A stretch of DNA of 64,000 nt from Escherichia coli (GTDB taxonomy: Bacteria; Pseudomonadota; Gammaproteobacteria; Enterobacterales; Enterobacteriaceae): the NCBI RefSeq assembly GCF_050920415.1, contig NZ_CP169309.1. The stretch is one strand, 5' to 3'. Positions 1 to 10,152 of this stretch are shown piece after piece. The notes beneath the pieces were generated by a model that saw nothing but the letters and a program-made list of their open reading frames with translations, made no database searches and was not told the origin of the DNA. How positions within the stretch are numbered: the first letter of the stretch is position 1; each line of letters starts with the position of its first letter. The position numbers and the translations under genes were made by a program.

Positions 1-235
1 AGCGAAAACGCCAGCGCGTCACATCATGATAAATCTCGGGTTCCGCTTCCCGTACCGCCTGACGCAGACGTTGCAGATCTTCATTCTGGAAGCTGCGCAG
101 CGCCGGATGGTAATTTTGCACAAAGGTAAGCGCCTCCTGCTCAGTGCGCAAAATCACCGGACGGTTATCGTAAAGGGTATCATCCAGGTCAAAGGTGAGC
201 GCCGAGATGCGCCCCAAAGGCCGGTAAAAACGCAT
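1..235 (-). CDS. yigB: HAD-family phosphatase YigB, N-terminal part only (3' end lies beyond window start)
   Basis: Reverse-strand translation from ATG at 235..233 gives [38 protein letters not shown]..., which I recognise as YigB; ATG overlaps xerC stop (TAATG). Confidence 0.85.
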   Translation of the reverse strand, partial: MRFYRPLGRISALTFDLDDTLYDNRPVILRTEQEALTFVQNYHPALRSFQNEDLQRLRQAVREAEPEIYHDVTRWRFR

Positions 236-1131
236 TATTTCCCCCGTTTGGCGCGTGGATGCGCCGCATCGTACACCGAGGCAAGGTGTTGAAAATCAAG
301 ATGAGTATAGATTTGCGTGGTAGAAAGGTTCGCATGACCCAGCAGCTCCTGCACACCACGAAGATCACCGCTCGACTCCAGCATATGCGTAGCGAACGAG
401 TGACGTAATTTATGCGGGTGAACGTGATTATTCAGCCCTTGTTTGATGCCCCATTCGGCAAAGCGTTTCTGCACATTACGCGCGGAGATACGCTTGCCCA
501 GTTTCGACAGAAAAAGCGCGTCGTCTTCGCTACCAAACAGGTCGCGCAAATCAAGCCAGTGCTCAATCCACGCCACAGCGTTGCGACCAATCGGCAGGCG
601 GCGCTCTTTGCTGCCTTTCCCCATCACCCACACTTCACCGGACTCCAGGTCGAGGTGTTTGATATCAAGCCCCACCAGTTCGGAAAGACGCAGACCCGCG
701 CCGTACATCACTTCCAGCATTGCCCGATCGCGCACGGCGAGGGGATCGTTGATATCAATATCCAGCAGCCGATTTATATCATCGACGTCGATATTTTTCG
801 GCAGATGACGCGGCGCTTTCGGTGCCGAAACACCTTTCGCCGGGTTGGCTTTAAGTTCGTTCTGGCTGACCAACCAGTCAAAAAAGCTACGTAGCGCAGA
901 GAGGCGTAATGCGAGGCTTGCCGCGCCAAGCCCTTTACGGCGACTGCGTACAGCGAAATTGCGCACCATCGCCGCATCACATTGCTGCCAGCTTTGCAGG
1001 CCGTTTTCGCTGGCAAAATTGATGATCGCCTCAAGTTGGCGCTGGTAGTTAAGCAGGGTTATCGGGCTAAGCTGGCGCTCCACGCTCAGATAACGTAGGT
1101 AGCGTTCTACATCGGTGTGTAAATCGGTCAT
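235..1131 (-). CDS. xerC: Tyrosine site-specific recombinase XerC (chromosome dimer resolution)
   Basis: 298-aa [35 protein letters not shown]..., C-terminal HxxR...Y recombinase motifs; conserved yigA-xerC-yigB context. Confidence 0.95.
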   Translation of the reverse strand: MTDLHTDVERYLRYLSVERQLSPITLLNYQRQLEAIINFASENGLQSWQQCDAAMVRNFAVRSRRKGLGAASLALRLSALRSFFDWLVSQNELKANPAKGVSAPKAPRHLPKNIDVDDINRLLDIDINDPLAVRDRAMLEVMYGAGLRLSELVGLDIKHLDLESGEVWVMGKGSKERRLPIGRNAVAWIEHWLDLRDLFGSEDDALFLSKLGKRISARNVQKRFAEWGIKQGLNNHVHPHKLRHSFATHMLESSGDLRGVQELLGHANLSTTQIYTHLDFQHLASVYDAAHPRAKRGK

Positions 1132-1835
1132 ACGCGTTCAATCCAACGCTCCAGAAGCTCCGGCAACATCAGCGCAATTTCATGAAGTAACTGCGTTCCC
1201 TGCCCTTGTTGATAGTGACTGGCATCGCGGCTGGTGAACAGCACGACACCCAAATCAGCATCGCTTCCCAGCATCGACATCGCCACCGATCCCACCGCTT
1301 TCGCTTCCGGTAGCACCACCAGCAGCTCCGGTCCGTTAAGCGGCCCAAGATAGTGCTGTTCCTGCCCCAGACGCTGAATACGCAGCGGTTCGAAAGACTG
1401 ACGGCTTAATGCGAGATGAGTGTAGTTTGACGGCGCACCTAAGCGCCAGCGATCCGGAAACAGGCGCAGACTCGCACCTGCCAGGCCGAGATCGCGCGCC
1501 CAGCGGTGAAAACGCATCAGCATATCGTCGAGACTGCTGGCGGCGGTGAGACTACGCTGCAGGTAAAGTAAGCGATAGAACAAGCCTTCGTTGGCGATAG
1601 CCTGTTCCATCAACAGCGCCATGTTCTCTTCCAGAACATGAATATGATGACGTGCGCGGGCCATGTGCCACTCGACCAACGAAACGGTGCCGCGTACCGG
1701 ATGCGGCACACGTATCGCTTCTACTGCGCGCGCATTGCGGATAAAAAACTCAGGATTTTTAATCAGATAATCGACAACCGCCCGGTCATCTAGCTCCGTG
1801 AGTGTTTCCTGCAGTTCTTCCCCTGGTTGCTTCAT
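1128..1835 (-). CDS. yigA: DUF484-family protein YigA
   Basis: 235-aa ORF, 4-nt overlaps with dapF upstream and xerC downstream, as in the dapF-yigA-xerC operon. Confidence 0.9.
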   Translation of the reverse strand: MKQPGEELQETLTELDDRAVVDYLIKNPEFFIRNARAVEAIRVPHPVRGTVSLVEWHMARARHHIHVLEENMALLMEQAIANEGLFYRLLYLQRSLTAASSLDDMLMRFHRWARDLGLAGASLRLFPDRWRLGAPSNYTHLALSRQSFEPLRIQRLGQEQHYLGPLNGPELLVVLPEAKAVGSVAMSMLGSDADLGVVLFTSRDASHYQQGQGTQLLHEIALMLPELLERWIERV

Positions 1836-2656
1836 AGATGAATAAATCCGTCGTAGACATGTACCGCCGGCCCCGTCATATATAAGGGGTGACCCGGACC
1901 TTTCCAGGCGATATCAAGACGACCGCCGGGGAGTTCCACGCGTACTTCTTCGGCCAGCAAACCTTGCTGAATCCCTACCGCCACCGCCGCACACGCGCCG
2001 CTGCCGCAGGCCTGGGTTTCTCCTGCCCCACGCTCATAAACGCGTAAACGAATATGTTCGCGTTTAACCACTTGCATAAAACCGATATTGGCGCGCTCCG
2101 GAAAACGTTCGTGGCTTTCCAGAACAGGACCAAGCGTTTCTACCGCCGCAGTATCGACATCATCAACCTGAATCACGCAGTGCGGATTTCCCATCGACAC
2201 CACGCCGCATAAGATTGTCTGCTCGGCGGCGCGCATAATATAGGTCTTTTCCGCTTTGTTAGCGCGAAATGGCACGGCAGAAGGTTCGAAGTTGGGTTCG
2301 CCCATATTTACGCACACCAGATCGTCATCGGTGACGGTCAGAACCATCCGCCCGTTGGCAGTACTGACGCGGATATCGCGCTTATTGGTCAGCCCTTTCA
2401 GACGCACAAAACGGGCAAAGCAGCGCGCGCCGTTGCCGCACTGCGCTACTTCACTGCCATCAGCATTGAAAATGCGATAGTGAAAATCCAGTTCCGGATC
2501 ATACGGTGGCTCAACCACCAGCAGTTGGTCAAACCCTATCCCCAGGTGCCGATCCGCCAGGCGACGAATCAGTTCTGGTGAAAAAAAGACATTCTGCGTT
2601 ACCGCGTCGACGACCATAAAATCGTTGCCAAGGCCATGCATTTTCGAGAACTGCAT
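1832..2656 (-). CDS. dapF: Diaminopimelate epimerase DapF
   Basis: [22 protein letters not shown]...; start taken at second Met to give the canonical 274 aa; GNDF and catalytic Cys motifs present. Confidence 0.95.
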   Translation of the reverse strand: MQFSKMHGLGNDFMVVDAVTQNVFFSPELIRRLADRHLGIGFDQLLVVEPPYDPELDFHYRIFNADGSEVAQCGNGARCFARFVRLKGLTNKRDIRVSTANGRMVLTVTDDDLVCVNMGEPNFEPSAVPFRANKAEKTYIMRAAEQTILCGVVSMGNPHCVIQVDDVDTAAVETLGPVLESHERFPERANIGFMQVVKREHIRLRVYERGAGETQACGSGACAAVAVGIQQGLLAEEVRVELPGGRLDIAWKGPGHPLYMTGPAVHVYDGFIHL

Positions 2657-2692
2657 CATTTACTCCAATCACGCGGGTACAGAAACTGACTT

Positions 2693-2896
2693 TTAGTAAT
2701 TCACCTGGGATGGACCATCGCCAGTGGCGCGATCGTTTTTATCCGGCACCGTGGATTGCGTTTGCGTCTCTACCGGTTTGGTCGGTGGCGGTGCGTTTTT
2801 ATCTGCAGGCGGGAAATAGAGCGGACCTTTCAGACCGCAGCCCGTCAGGCTGAAGAGAGTAAGTAATACAGTGAGTGCCTTAAACACGTTTTTCAT
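2693..2896 (-). CDS. yifL: Small lipoprotein YifL
   Basis: 67-aa ORF with signal peptide and lipobox LTGC (MKNVFKALTVLLTLFSLTGCGLKG...), 36 bp upstream of dapF. Confidence 0.85.
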   Translation of the reverse strand: MKNVFKALTVLLTLFSLTGCGLKGPLYFPPADKNAPPPTKPVETQTQSTVPDKNDRATGDGPSQVNY

Positions 2897-3084
2897 TATG
2901 GATTGCCTGTAAAGTTCATCGCTTTCTGCTTTCTATCATCGCAGGAGAAGACGTAAAAGCAAGCGTTTAGCGACTCTTTATGAAGTCTGAAAAATGAGGA
3001 ATTGCTGCGAGTATAACGCTTACACGTGGGGATTTATGTTTTGCTGGTAGTTTCGTGATCGGCACCTCGCGCCAGGATGGCTTT

Positions 3085-5112
3085 ATGCACTATCGCAATG
3101 TGGTTTGTTTGTTGTCTTTTTTAGTTCCGTCAGCGTGGGGATGCTCGCTCGGTGAACCTGATCATAATATTTACCAGAAACAGGGAAAAGGCGTGGTATA
3201 CCTGCGCCCTAATGAAGAGACAAATCTTTCGTTACCGGAAGTAAATTACCAGCGACTGCGTCGTTTACCTGATTTATTCATTGCTCCTGACACCCAGGAC
3301 GATGGGGAAAAAGAACCGCCGTTAAACGACCTTACCACCGATTATATTGATCAGGGCGCATGGGCCTGGTATCCAAATTATGCTTACTTTAGCGATGGCC
3401 GTTTTGTCATTTATGCGGGCAAGATTGTACAAAATCCATCTGGTTATCCACCGGTCGATGTAGCCTCGTTCCATTCATGGGGCGATTTTGCCGTCGATAA
3501 AAACAGCATTTATTACAAAGGCCAACGGACAGATGAAAATGGCGGCAAGCAACGCGTCGATGAAAAAACGCTGCGCAAAGTAGGATTAGGTAGCCGTTGG
3601 ATGCCTGATCGGCTGGGATTGGTGCTACGTGACGCGCATTTTCTTTATATCGATGGGCACCGTTTTGATAACCCAGAGAGTTTTTCCGTGATCGCGCAAA
3701 AATCCTGGGGTCAACAAGGGAAATTCGCTTCAACGTTTTTTCCCTGCATTGCCTACCCCTTTGGCCCGTGGGATATGCTTACCCGCACACGAACAAAGTT
3801 GCTGATCAATGGAGAGCAACTGGATGCCGATCCGGACAATTTTTCTGTCGTTCGCTGGATGCCCGGCACCCTGTTTAGCTGGCGTGATAAACACGGCGAG
3901 CATCGTAAAGTCATTGATCAGGTTCGTTTGGCAAGGAATGAAGATATATCCCGGCAATGTGACAACTTTACGCTGTTAGAAAAAAAGGTGTTCTGGCGCA
4001 AGGGGCCAGATTGTGAGCAGGAAGAATTACCCAGTCTCGACCCGGAGCAGTTTCACCCGATCAGTGACATCGTGGCGCAGTATCAGGACAAGTTGTATGC
4101 AATCAGTAAGACCCCCTTCGGTGAAAATCAGTTGGAGATCATCACCCTGGATAACCCGAATCTGATCATCAATAAACGTTTTAATGCAGGAAGGCATCAT
4201 GGCTATTTACTCACCCGATCAACAAATTGGGACGGACATGAGAAAGACGGTTTACAGGTGTTTGAATCCGTTGGCCCACTGATACTGCTGGACTACCGTG
4301 TGCCGAATGAAGCAGATGCACACCGTGGCAATAACCCGCATTACAAAAAATGGTTTGCTCGCGACGATCGTTACGTTTATGCATTCGATGGTGCGCAGCT
4401 TTGGCGTTACCCTACGCAATATCCCAAAGCGGCACGTATCAAAGCCGCTAAAGACGACTGGCTGAACGTCAGCCTTAGCCAGTTGGACGGTGAGATAATG
4501 AAAGATGGCTCATTTACTCCCACTGGCATCAAGCACACATCCTCTTTAAAACCCGCCAAGGCATACGAAGATGGGGACAATGAATCTTCATTTATCGTAA
4601 ATAAATCGGGAGTAGGCTGGCGAAAAGCGCTTTCACCCGACCTGCAATGGAGTGAGTGGCATTACCTGGAAGGCATTGATCCAAAAAAGTTTCATCTGAT
4701 TACCGAACGTATTGCACAGTACAAAAACCAACTCTACGTCGTCAGGCGCTCGCATTTTGGAGAAGATCGGCTCGAAATCATAGAGTTGGAGTCATCTTTG
4801 CCCATCAAAAATAAACCGATAAATACGGGCAAGGAGCGTCATTACTTTCTGCAAAGTACCCGACAAAAACAGGATGTGCAGGTATTCACCAGCAGCGGTG
4901 CGCTGATAGCAACGGAGCGCTTTGCTTATGACGATAGCTATGTCTACACCTGGATTGACGATCAGCTTTATCGCACACCCTCCCCCTGCCCAGCGAAAAC
5001 ATACGTCAGAGAAAAGAATGTCCGTGAAATTCATAACAGCGACATTATTATTCCGGTGACGGAGGAATCGTGCCGGAACGCAGCAGCAGACGGGCAAACT
5101 TTGAAGCCCTGA
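3085..5112 (+). CDS. Hypothetical secreted/lipoprotein-like repeat protein (675 aa from ATG 3085; 685 aa if the in-frame GTG at 3055 is used); strain-variable gene absent from K-12 at this locus
   Basis: Uninterrupted ~2 kb ORF; AGGA Shine-Dalgarno 8 nt before ATG 3085; N-terminus MHYRNVVCLLSFLVPSAWG|C looks like a signal peptide with possible lipobox Cys; internal ~110-aa tandem duplication and recurring D-x-x-SF...W-G / DKNSIYY / DDRYVY / DDSYVY motifs; host-like codon usage by eye. Confidence 0.75.
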   Translation: MHYRNVVCLLSFLVPSAWGCSLGEPDHNIYQKQGKGVVYLRPNEETNLSLPEVNYQRLRRLPDLFIAPDTQDDGEKEPPLNDLTTDYIDQGAWAWYPNYAYFSDGRFVIYAGKIVQNPSGYPPVDVASFHSWGDFAVDKNSIYYKGQRTDENGGKQRVDEKTLRKVGLGSRWMPDRLGLVLRDAHFLYIDGHRFDNPESFSVIAQKSWGQQGKFASTFFPCIAYPFGPWDMLTRTRTKLLINGEQLDADPDNFSVVRWMPGTLFSWRDKHGEHRKVIDQVRLARNEDISRQCDNFTLLEKKVFWRKGPDCEQEELPSLDPEQFHPISDIVAQYQDKLYAISKTPFGENQLEIITLDNPNLIINKRFNAGRHHGYLLTRSTNWDGHEKDGLQVFESVGPLILLDYRVPNEADAHRGNNPHYKKWFARDDRYVYAFDGAQLWRYPTQYPKAARIKAAKDDWLNVSLSQLDGEIMKDGSFTPTGIKHTSSLKPAKAYEDGDNESSFIVNKSGVGWRKALSPDLQWSEWHYLEGIDPKKFHLITERIAQYKNQLYVVRRSHFGEDRLEIIELESSLPIKNKPINTGKERHYFLQSTRQKQDVQVFTSSGALIATERFAYDDSYVYTWIDDQLYRTPSPCPAKTYVREKNVREIHNSDIIIPVTEESCRNAAADGQTLKP

Positions 5113-5129
5113 CACCATGCCGCTATACT
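5101..5129 (+). promoter_or_regulatory. Putative sigma70 promoter for cyaY (TTGAAG-N17-TATACT); -35 overlaps last codons of the upstream accessory ORF
   Basis: Hexamers read directly from sequence: ttgaag at 5101-5106, 17-nt spacer, tatact at 5124-5129, about 30 nt before cyaY ATG (5160). Not experimentally known to me. Confidence 0.35.
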
Positions 5130-5159
5130 GCCGCCATCACTTAAAAACAGGATACAACA

Positions 5160-5480
5160 ATGAACGACAGTGAATTTCATCGCCTGGCTGATCAACTGTG
5201 GCTGACCATTGAAGAGCGTCTGGACGACTGGGATGGCGACAGCGATATCGACTGCGAAATCAACGGCGGTGTGCTGACCATTACCTTTGAAAATGGCAGC
5301 AAAATCATTATCAACCGTCAGGAACCGCTGCACCAGGTTTGGCTGGCAACCAAACAGGGCGGCTACCATTTTGATCTGAAAGGTGACGAATGGATTTGCG
5401 ACCGTAGCGGTGAAACCTTCTGGGATTTGCTGGAACAGGCGGCAACGCAGCAGGCCGGTGAAACAGTCAGTTTCCGCTAA
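5160..5480 (+). CDS. cyaY: Frataxin homologue CyaY (iron-sulfur cluster assembly)
   Basis: 106-aa [76 protein letters not shown]..., recognised as CyaY. Confidence 0.95.
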
Positions 5481-5519
5481 GATTGCATGCCGGATAAGCC
5501 TCGCTGTCCGGCACGCTCA

Positions 5520-8066
5520 TCACGAAAAATACTGCTGTAATAGCGGCGTGTCGTGATCCTGATTGGCAGGCGGCATGTTACCGATAGATTTGGTGCGGAA
5601 CGGAATCACCTGTTCACGACCATCAACCTTCACAATCTGATAGAACTGCGGCAGGTTGAAGTTGATGAAGCTTGAGCCGTAGGTAAAACGGTCGTGCGAT
5701 GACGAGTAGAAGCGACTGACGTCACGCACCAGCTCCTCTTTGCTGCCTTCGCAGTGGTGATACACCTCAACCCGGTTGCTTTCGTCGAGAATGTAGATAT
5801 TAAAGCCATTCTCGTCTTGCGTTTCTTCGAAGAAGAACTGGATGATCCCTTCGCTGGCAAAGCCGTCCACCACCGCCGGTAATTTGACGTGATTGGTTTC
5901 AACCTGCACTGACAGGCCGTGCAGTTTGTTATGCGAAATAGCGCCATAAAACTCGATGGCATTTTCCAGTTTCTGTACCGATACATTCAGCCGTTCGAAG
6001 AACAACCCCCAGGTTTGACCAGAAACGCGCAGCGCCTTGAAGCGCCCTGTTTCCTGACGGGTGCTGGACAGACGCAGTTCAATACACTCAGAAACCAGTT
6101 GCTGCACGCGAGTACGGATTAATCCGCGCAGATGCTGGCTGTAGCAGAAGACTTCCACGCTATCTGGCGGTGCGGCGTCCTGATGCATTTTGCCGAGAAT
6201 AGTTTTCAGGGCTTCGATCATCGATTGCTCGCCGTTGAAGTGCAGCGTACGCACTTCGTTCCACGAGTTGCGGTACAGCAGGTCCACGCTACCTACCAGG
6301 CAATTTTGGTTTTCGCCAAAGCTGAAGACGTCCAGCTTACGGAAATCAAAATGCACCACCTGATTGCGGAACGCAGCTGTCGGGTCATATTCCAGGTTAA
6401 CGATAATCGCCAGATGGCGAATTTCACACGGGCTGTAGAGCGCTTTTGGCGTCGGTGCAGGCAGGCGCAGCGGGAAATGGTGCGACACATCGGCGACCAT
6501 CTCCTGCAACTTAGGCAAATCGACAATGCCGTTGCCTTTAATATACAAGCGGGTGCGCGAGGTCAGCAGGCCGTTAAACCATGCCCACGCCACCAGTTTA
6601 TTAAGGTAACGGTTATATTCCAGCGGCTGATGGCTGATGATCGACTCAATATTTGGCGCGCGGTTATACAGATACCAACCTGAACGGTTAGCCCGGCCCG
6701 GCGGCACATAAATAAAGGTCAGATTCGGTTCCGAGAGATCGGGCGAAATCTGCGGGTTTACCAGCGTCACTTTACCTGGCAATGCTTCAAACGCGGCGTA
6801 CAGTTTACGCGTCAGCACGCCGATATCCTGCGGACTGGCAGAGACGCTAAGGTTATTGCGACGCGCAAAGCGGATCAGATTGCGGTAGCTCTGCATCATT
6901 GCATCGAGCAGTTCGTTGTGCGCCTCGCGCACCTGATCAATCTTCCAGTTAGCGCGGTTATCGAGCATTGCCAGACGAGCATCGTCCCATTCCCACTCTT
7001 TCACTAACTGGGTTAGCACTTCACGACGCCAGCCTACACAGGCGCGTTCACGGCTGAGTTTTTCGCACACTTTTAAATAGAAGCAGCGACGCACTAAATC
7101 CAGACGGGTGAAATCTTCAATCGCCGTCAGGTACTCAGTAACACGCTCCAGCATCATGCAGTACGGATCGAGACCAAACGATACAATCTCGCCGTCGTGC
7201 AAACGCTGTTTGATATCTTTCGCCAGCAGACGTGGGTTCGGGTATTCCCAGGAATAGGCTTCCAGCAGTAGTGTTTTCAGCACCGCTTTGTATGGGGAAT
7301 CGATACTCTTATAGAGCTGCCAAAGGCTGGCACCAAAGTACTCTTCGGCAGAAAGTGAGCTTAAGCCGCCGAGATCCAGCCATTCATTAGGAGTAAGCAC
7401 GCCCTGCGCGTAAAGCGTCATCACATAGTCGTCGTAATGCTCTTCTTCGTCACACGGCACCATATTCCACAGAATACGTTTACCGGCGAGACGCACGGCG
7501 GTACGATAAAATTCGTCAAGCAGCAGTATATGCTGGGTGGAGCCACAATCTTCGCCCCCCAGGCTGCCGCTTTCATTATGACGGAAGCGATTTTCATCAA
7601 TCAGGAAGAAGCTAACTTCCACGCCCAGCGAGGCGGCCCAGCTTTCCAGCAGGCTGCATTTACGTTGTAGTAACTGGCGCTCTTCGCTATCAAGCCAGGA
7701 TTGATGACAGACCCAGATATCCAGGTCAGAGGAACAACTTTGCCCTACGGACGAGGTGCTGCCCATGGTGTATACACCAGTAATTGGAAGCTCACCTTTC
7801 GGCGGATCCTGTACTGACATTCCACGATACAGTTCAAGCTCGTTCAGGTAGTGGCGTTGAGTTTCATCAGGCGTGTAAAGGCAAATGCCTTTGGGAACGT
7901 TACCATCAAGGTAGCCCGGCATTAGCGGATGGTGATAGTGCAACAATGTCGGCAGTAGACTGTAGACCTGTTGGAATGCAGGCCCCATAGCAGCAAGCGC
8001 GCGATCCACACGCAATTGATTTATGGCATCCAGTCTCTGTTTCAGAGTCTCAATATAGAGGTACAA
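5520..8066 (-). CDS. cyaA: Adenylate cyclase CyaA (class I), TTG start
   Basis: 848-aa [38 protein letters not shown]...; start codon is TTG (plus-strand caa at 8064-8066), as known for cyaA. Confidence 0.95.
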   Translation of the reverse strand: MYLYIETLKQRLDAINQLRVDRALAAMGPAFQQVYSLLPTLLHYHHPLMPGYLDGNVPKGICLYTPDETQRHYLNELELYRGMSVQDPPKGELPITGVYTMGSTSSVGQSCSSDLDIWVCHQSWLDSEERQLLQRKCSLLESWAASLGVEVSFFLIDENRFRHNESGSLGGEDCGSTQHILLLDEFYRTAVRLAGKRILWNMVPCDEEEHYDDYVMTLYAQGVLTPNEWLDLGGLSSLSAEEYFGASLWQLYKSIDSPYKAVLKTLLLEAYSWEYPNPRLLAKDIKQRLHDGEIVSFGLDPYCMMLERVTEYLTAIEDFTRLDLVRRCFYLKVCEKLSRERACVGWRREVLTQLVKEWEWDDARLAMLDNRANWKIDQVREAHNELLDAMMQSYRNLIRFARRNNLSVSASPQDIGVLTRKLYAAFEALPGKVTLVNPQISPDLSEPNLTFIYVPPGRANRSGWYLYNRAPNIESIISHQPLEYNRYLNKLVAWAWFNGLLTSRTRLYIKGNGIVDLPKLQEMVADVSHHFPLRLPAPTPKALYSPCEIRHLAIIVNLEYDPTAAFRNQVVHFDFRKLDVFSFGENQNCLVGSVDLLYRNSWNEVRTLHFNGEQSMIEALKTILGKMHQDAAPPDSVEVFCYSQHLRGLIRTRVQQLVSECIELRLSSTRQETGRFKALRVSGQTWGLFFERLNVSVQKLENAIEFYGAISHNKLHGLSVQVETNHVKLPAVVDGFASEGIIQFFFEETQDENGFNIYILDESNRVEVYHHCEGSKEELVRDVSRFYSSSHDRFTYGSSFINFNLPQFYQIVKVDGREQVIPFRTKSIGNMPPANQDHDTPLLQQYFS

Positions 8067-8452
8067 GACGTATCGCCTGATTTGCTACCCGTCATGACTG
8101 TGATTCCGCCAACATCAACGGTAACACGCGGCATTCGGGATATTTCGTATGTCAAAGGTAACCGTTACCACTTTTCGCGCCTGGTTTTTTTAGTTTCACG
8201 ACGAAAAAATGGTCTAAAACGTGATCAATTTAACACCTTGCTGATTGACCGTAAAGAAAGATGCGCTACATACAAGTGTAGCACCGTTTATTCTCTGTAA
8301 ATTCCTTATTACGACGGCGTGAAACGCCTGTCAGGATCCACTGCCAGACCTCATTTTTCGGTTTGCGCAGGCGTCTACGTTTCACCACAACACTGACATC
8401 GCTCTGGCAAGGATGTTAGGATGGACCACGGATGATAATGACGGTAACAAGC

Positions 8453-9394
8453 ATGTTAGACAATGTTTTAAGAATTGCCACACGCCAAAGCCCACTTGCA
8501 CTCTGGCAGGCACACTATGTCAAAGACAAGTTGATGGCGAGCCATCCGGGCCTGGTCGTTGAACTGGTACCGATGGTGACGCGCGGCGATGTGATTCTTG
8601 ATACGCCGCTGGCGAAAGTAGGCGGAAAAGGCTTATTTGTAAAAGAGCTGGAAGTCGCGCTCCTGGAGAATCGCGCCGATATCGCCGTACATTCAATGAA
8701 AGATGTGCCGGTTGAATTCCCGCAAGGTCTGGGGCTGGTCACTATTTGCGAGCGTGAAGATCCTCGCGATGCATTTGTGTCCAATAACTATGACAGTCTG
8801 GATGCGTTACCGGCAGGCAGTATCGTCGGGACGTCCAGTTTACGTCGCCAGTGCCAACTGGCTGAACGCCGCCCGGATCTGATTATCCGCTCCCTGCGCG
8901 GCAACGTCGGCACTCGCCTGAGCAAACTGGATAACGGCGAATACGATGCCATCATTCTTGCCGTAGCCGGACTAAAACGTTTAGGTCTGGAGTCACGCAT
9001 TCGCGCCGCGTTGCCACCCGAGATTTCTCTTCCGGCGGTAGGACAAGGTGCGGTCGGTATTGAATGCCGCCTTAATGATACTCGCACTCGCGAGCTGCTT
9101 GCCGCGCTGAATCACCACGAAACTGCACTGCGTGTTACCGCCGAACGCGCCATGAATACCCGTCTCGAAGGCGGATGTCAGGTGCCAATTGGTAGCTACG
9201 CCGAGCTTATTGATGGCGAAATCTGGCTGCGTGCGCTGGTCGGCGCGCCGGACGGTTCGCAGATTATTCGCGGTGAACGCCGCGGTGCGCCGCAAGATGC
9301 CGAACAAATGGGGATTTCGCTGGCAGAAGAGCTACTGAATAACGGCGCGCGCGAGATCCTTGCTGAAGTCTATAACGGAGACGCCCCGGCATGA
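8453..9394 (+). CDS. hemC: Porphobilinogen deaminase HemC
   Basis: ORF contains [23 protein letters not shown]...; start set to give 313 aa; divergent from cyaA with a 386-bp intergenic region. Confidence 0.95.
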   Translation: MLDNVLRIATRQSPLALWQAHYVKDKLMASHPGLVVELVPMVTRGDVILDTPLAKVGGKGLFVKELEVALLENRADIAVHSMKDVPVEFPQGLGLVTICEREDPRDAFVSNNYDSLDALPAGSIVGTSSLRRQCQLAERRPDLIIRSLRGNVGTRLSKLDNGEYDAIILAVAGLKRLGLESRIRAALPPEISLPAVGQGAVGIECRLNDTRTRELLAALNHHETALRVTAERAMNTRLEGGCQVPIGSYAELIDGEIWLRALVGAPDGSQIIRGERRGAPQDAEQMGISLAEELLNNGAREILAEVYNGDAPA

Positions 9395-10131
9395 GTATCC
9401 TGGTCACCCGCCCGTCTCCCGCAGGAGAAGAGTTAGTGAGCCGTCTGCGCACACTGGGGCAGGTGGCCTGGCATTTTCCGCTGATTGAGTTTTCTCCGGG
9501 TCGACAATTACCGCAACTTGCTGATCAACTGGCAGCGCTGGGAGAGAGCGATCTGTTGTTTACCCTCTCGCAACACGCGGTTGCTTTTGCCCAATCACAG
9601 CTGCATCAGCAAGATCGTAAATGGCCCCAACTACCTGATTATTTCGCCATTGGACGCACCACCGCGCTGGCACTACATACCGTAAGCGGACAGAAGATTC
9701 TCTACCCGCAGGATCGGGAAATCAGCGAAGTCTTGCTACAATTACCTGAATTACAAAATATTGCGGGCAAACGTGCGCTGATATTACGTGGCAATGGCGG
9801 TCGTGAGCTAATTGGGGATACCCTGACGGCGCGCGGCGCTGAAGTCACTTTTTGTGAATGTTATCAACGATGCGCAATCCATTACGATGGTGCAGAAGAA
9901 GCGATGCGCTGGCAATCCCGCGAGGTGACGACAGTCGTTGTTACCAGCGGTGAAATGTTACAGCAACTCTGGTCGCTGATCCCACAATGGTATCGTGAGC
10001 ACTGGTTACTACGCTGTCGACTTTTAGTCGTCAGTGAGCGTCTGGCGAAACTCGCCCGGGAACTGGGCTGGCAAGACATTAAGGTCGCCGATAACGCTGA
10101 CAACGATGCGCTTTTACGGGCATTACAATAA
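9391..10131 (+). CDS. hemD: Uroporphyrinogen-III synthase HemD
   Basis: 246-aa ORF overlapping hemC stop by 4 nt (ATGA). Confidence 0.93.
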   Translation: MSILVTRPSPAGEELVSRLRTLGQVAWHFPLIEFSPGRQLPQLADQLAALGESDLLFTLSQHAVAFAQSQLHQQDRKWPQLPDYFAIGRTTALALHTVSGQKILYPQDREISEVLLQLPELQNIAGKRALILRGNGGRELIGDTLTARGAEVTFCECYQRCAIHYDGAEEAMRWQSREVTTVVVTSGEMLQQLWSLIPQWYREHWLLRCRLLVVSERLAKLARELGWQDIKVADNADNDALLRALQ

Positions 10132-10152
10132 CTCTCATAACAGGAAGCCATA

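Noticed and set aside
412-1048. Plus-strand ORFs of 160, 121 and 67 aa antisense to xerC
   Set aside because: Embedded antisense within a well-supported conserved gene; GC-rich codon bias commonly creates such open frames.
235-1131. Tyrosine recombinase next to other genes as a possible integrase marking a mobile element; also the tRNA cluster at 16451..16887 as a possible integration hotspot
   Set aside because: The recombinase is chromosomal XerC in its conserved dapF-yigA-xerC-yigB operon, and the tRNA operon is flanked directly by core genes aslB and yifK with K-12-like spacing; no phage, IS or island content detected.
3407-5118. Antisense ORFs inside the accessory gene (3407..3733, 3730..3957, 4792..5118, minus strand)
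   Set aside because: Short, overlapping the long plus-strand ORF in antisense, with no independent support; most likely frame shadows.
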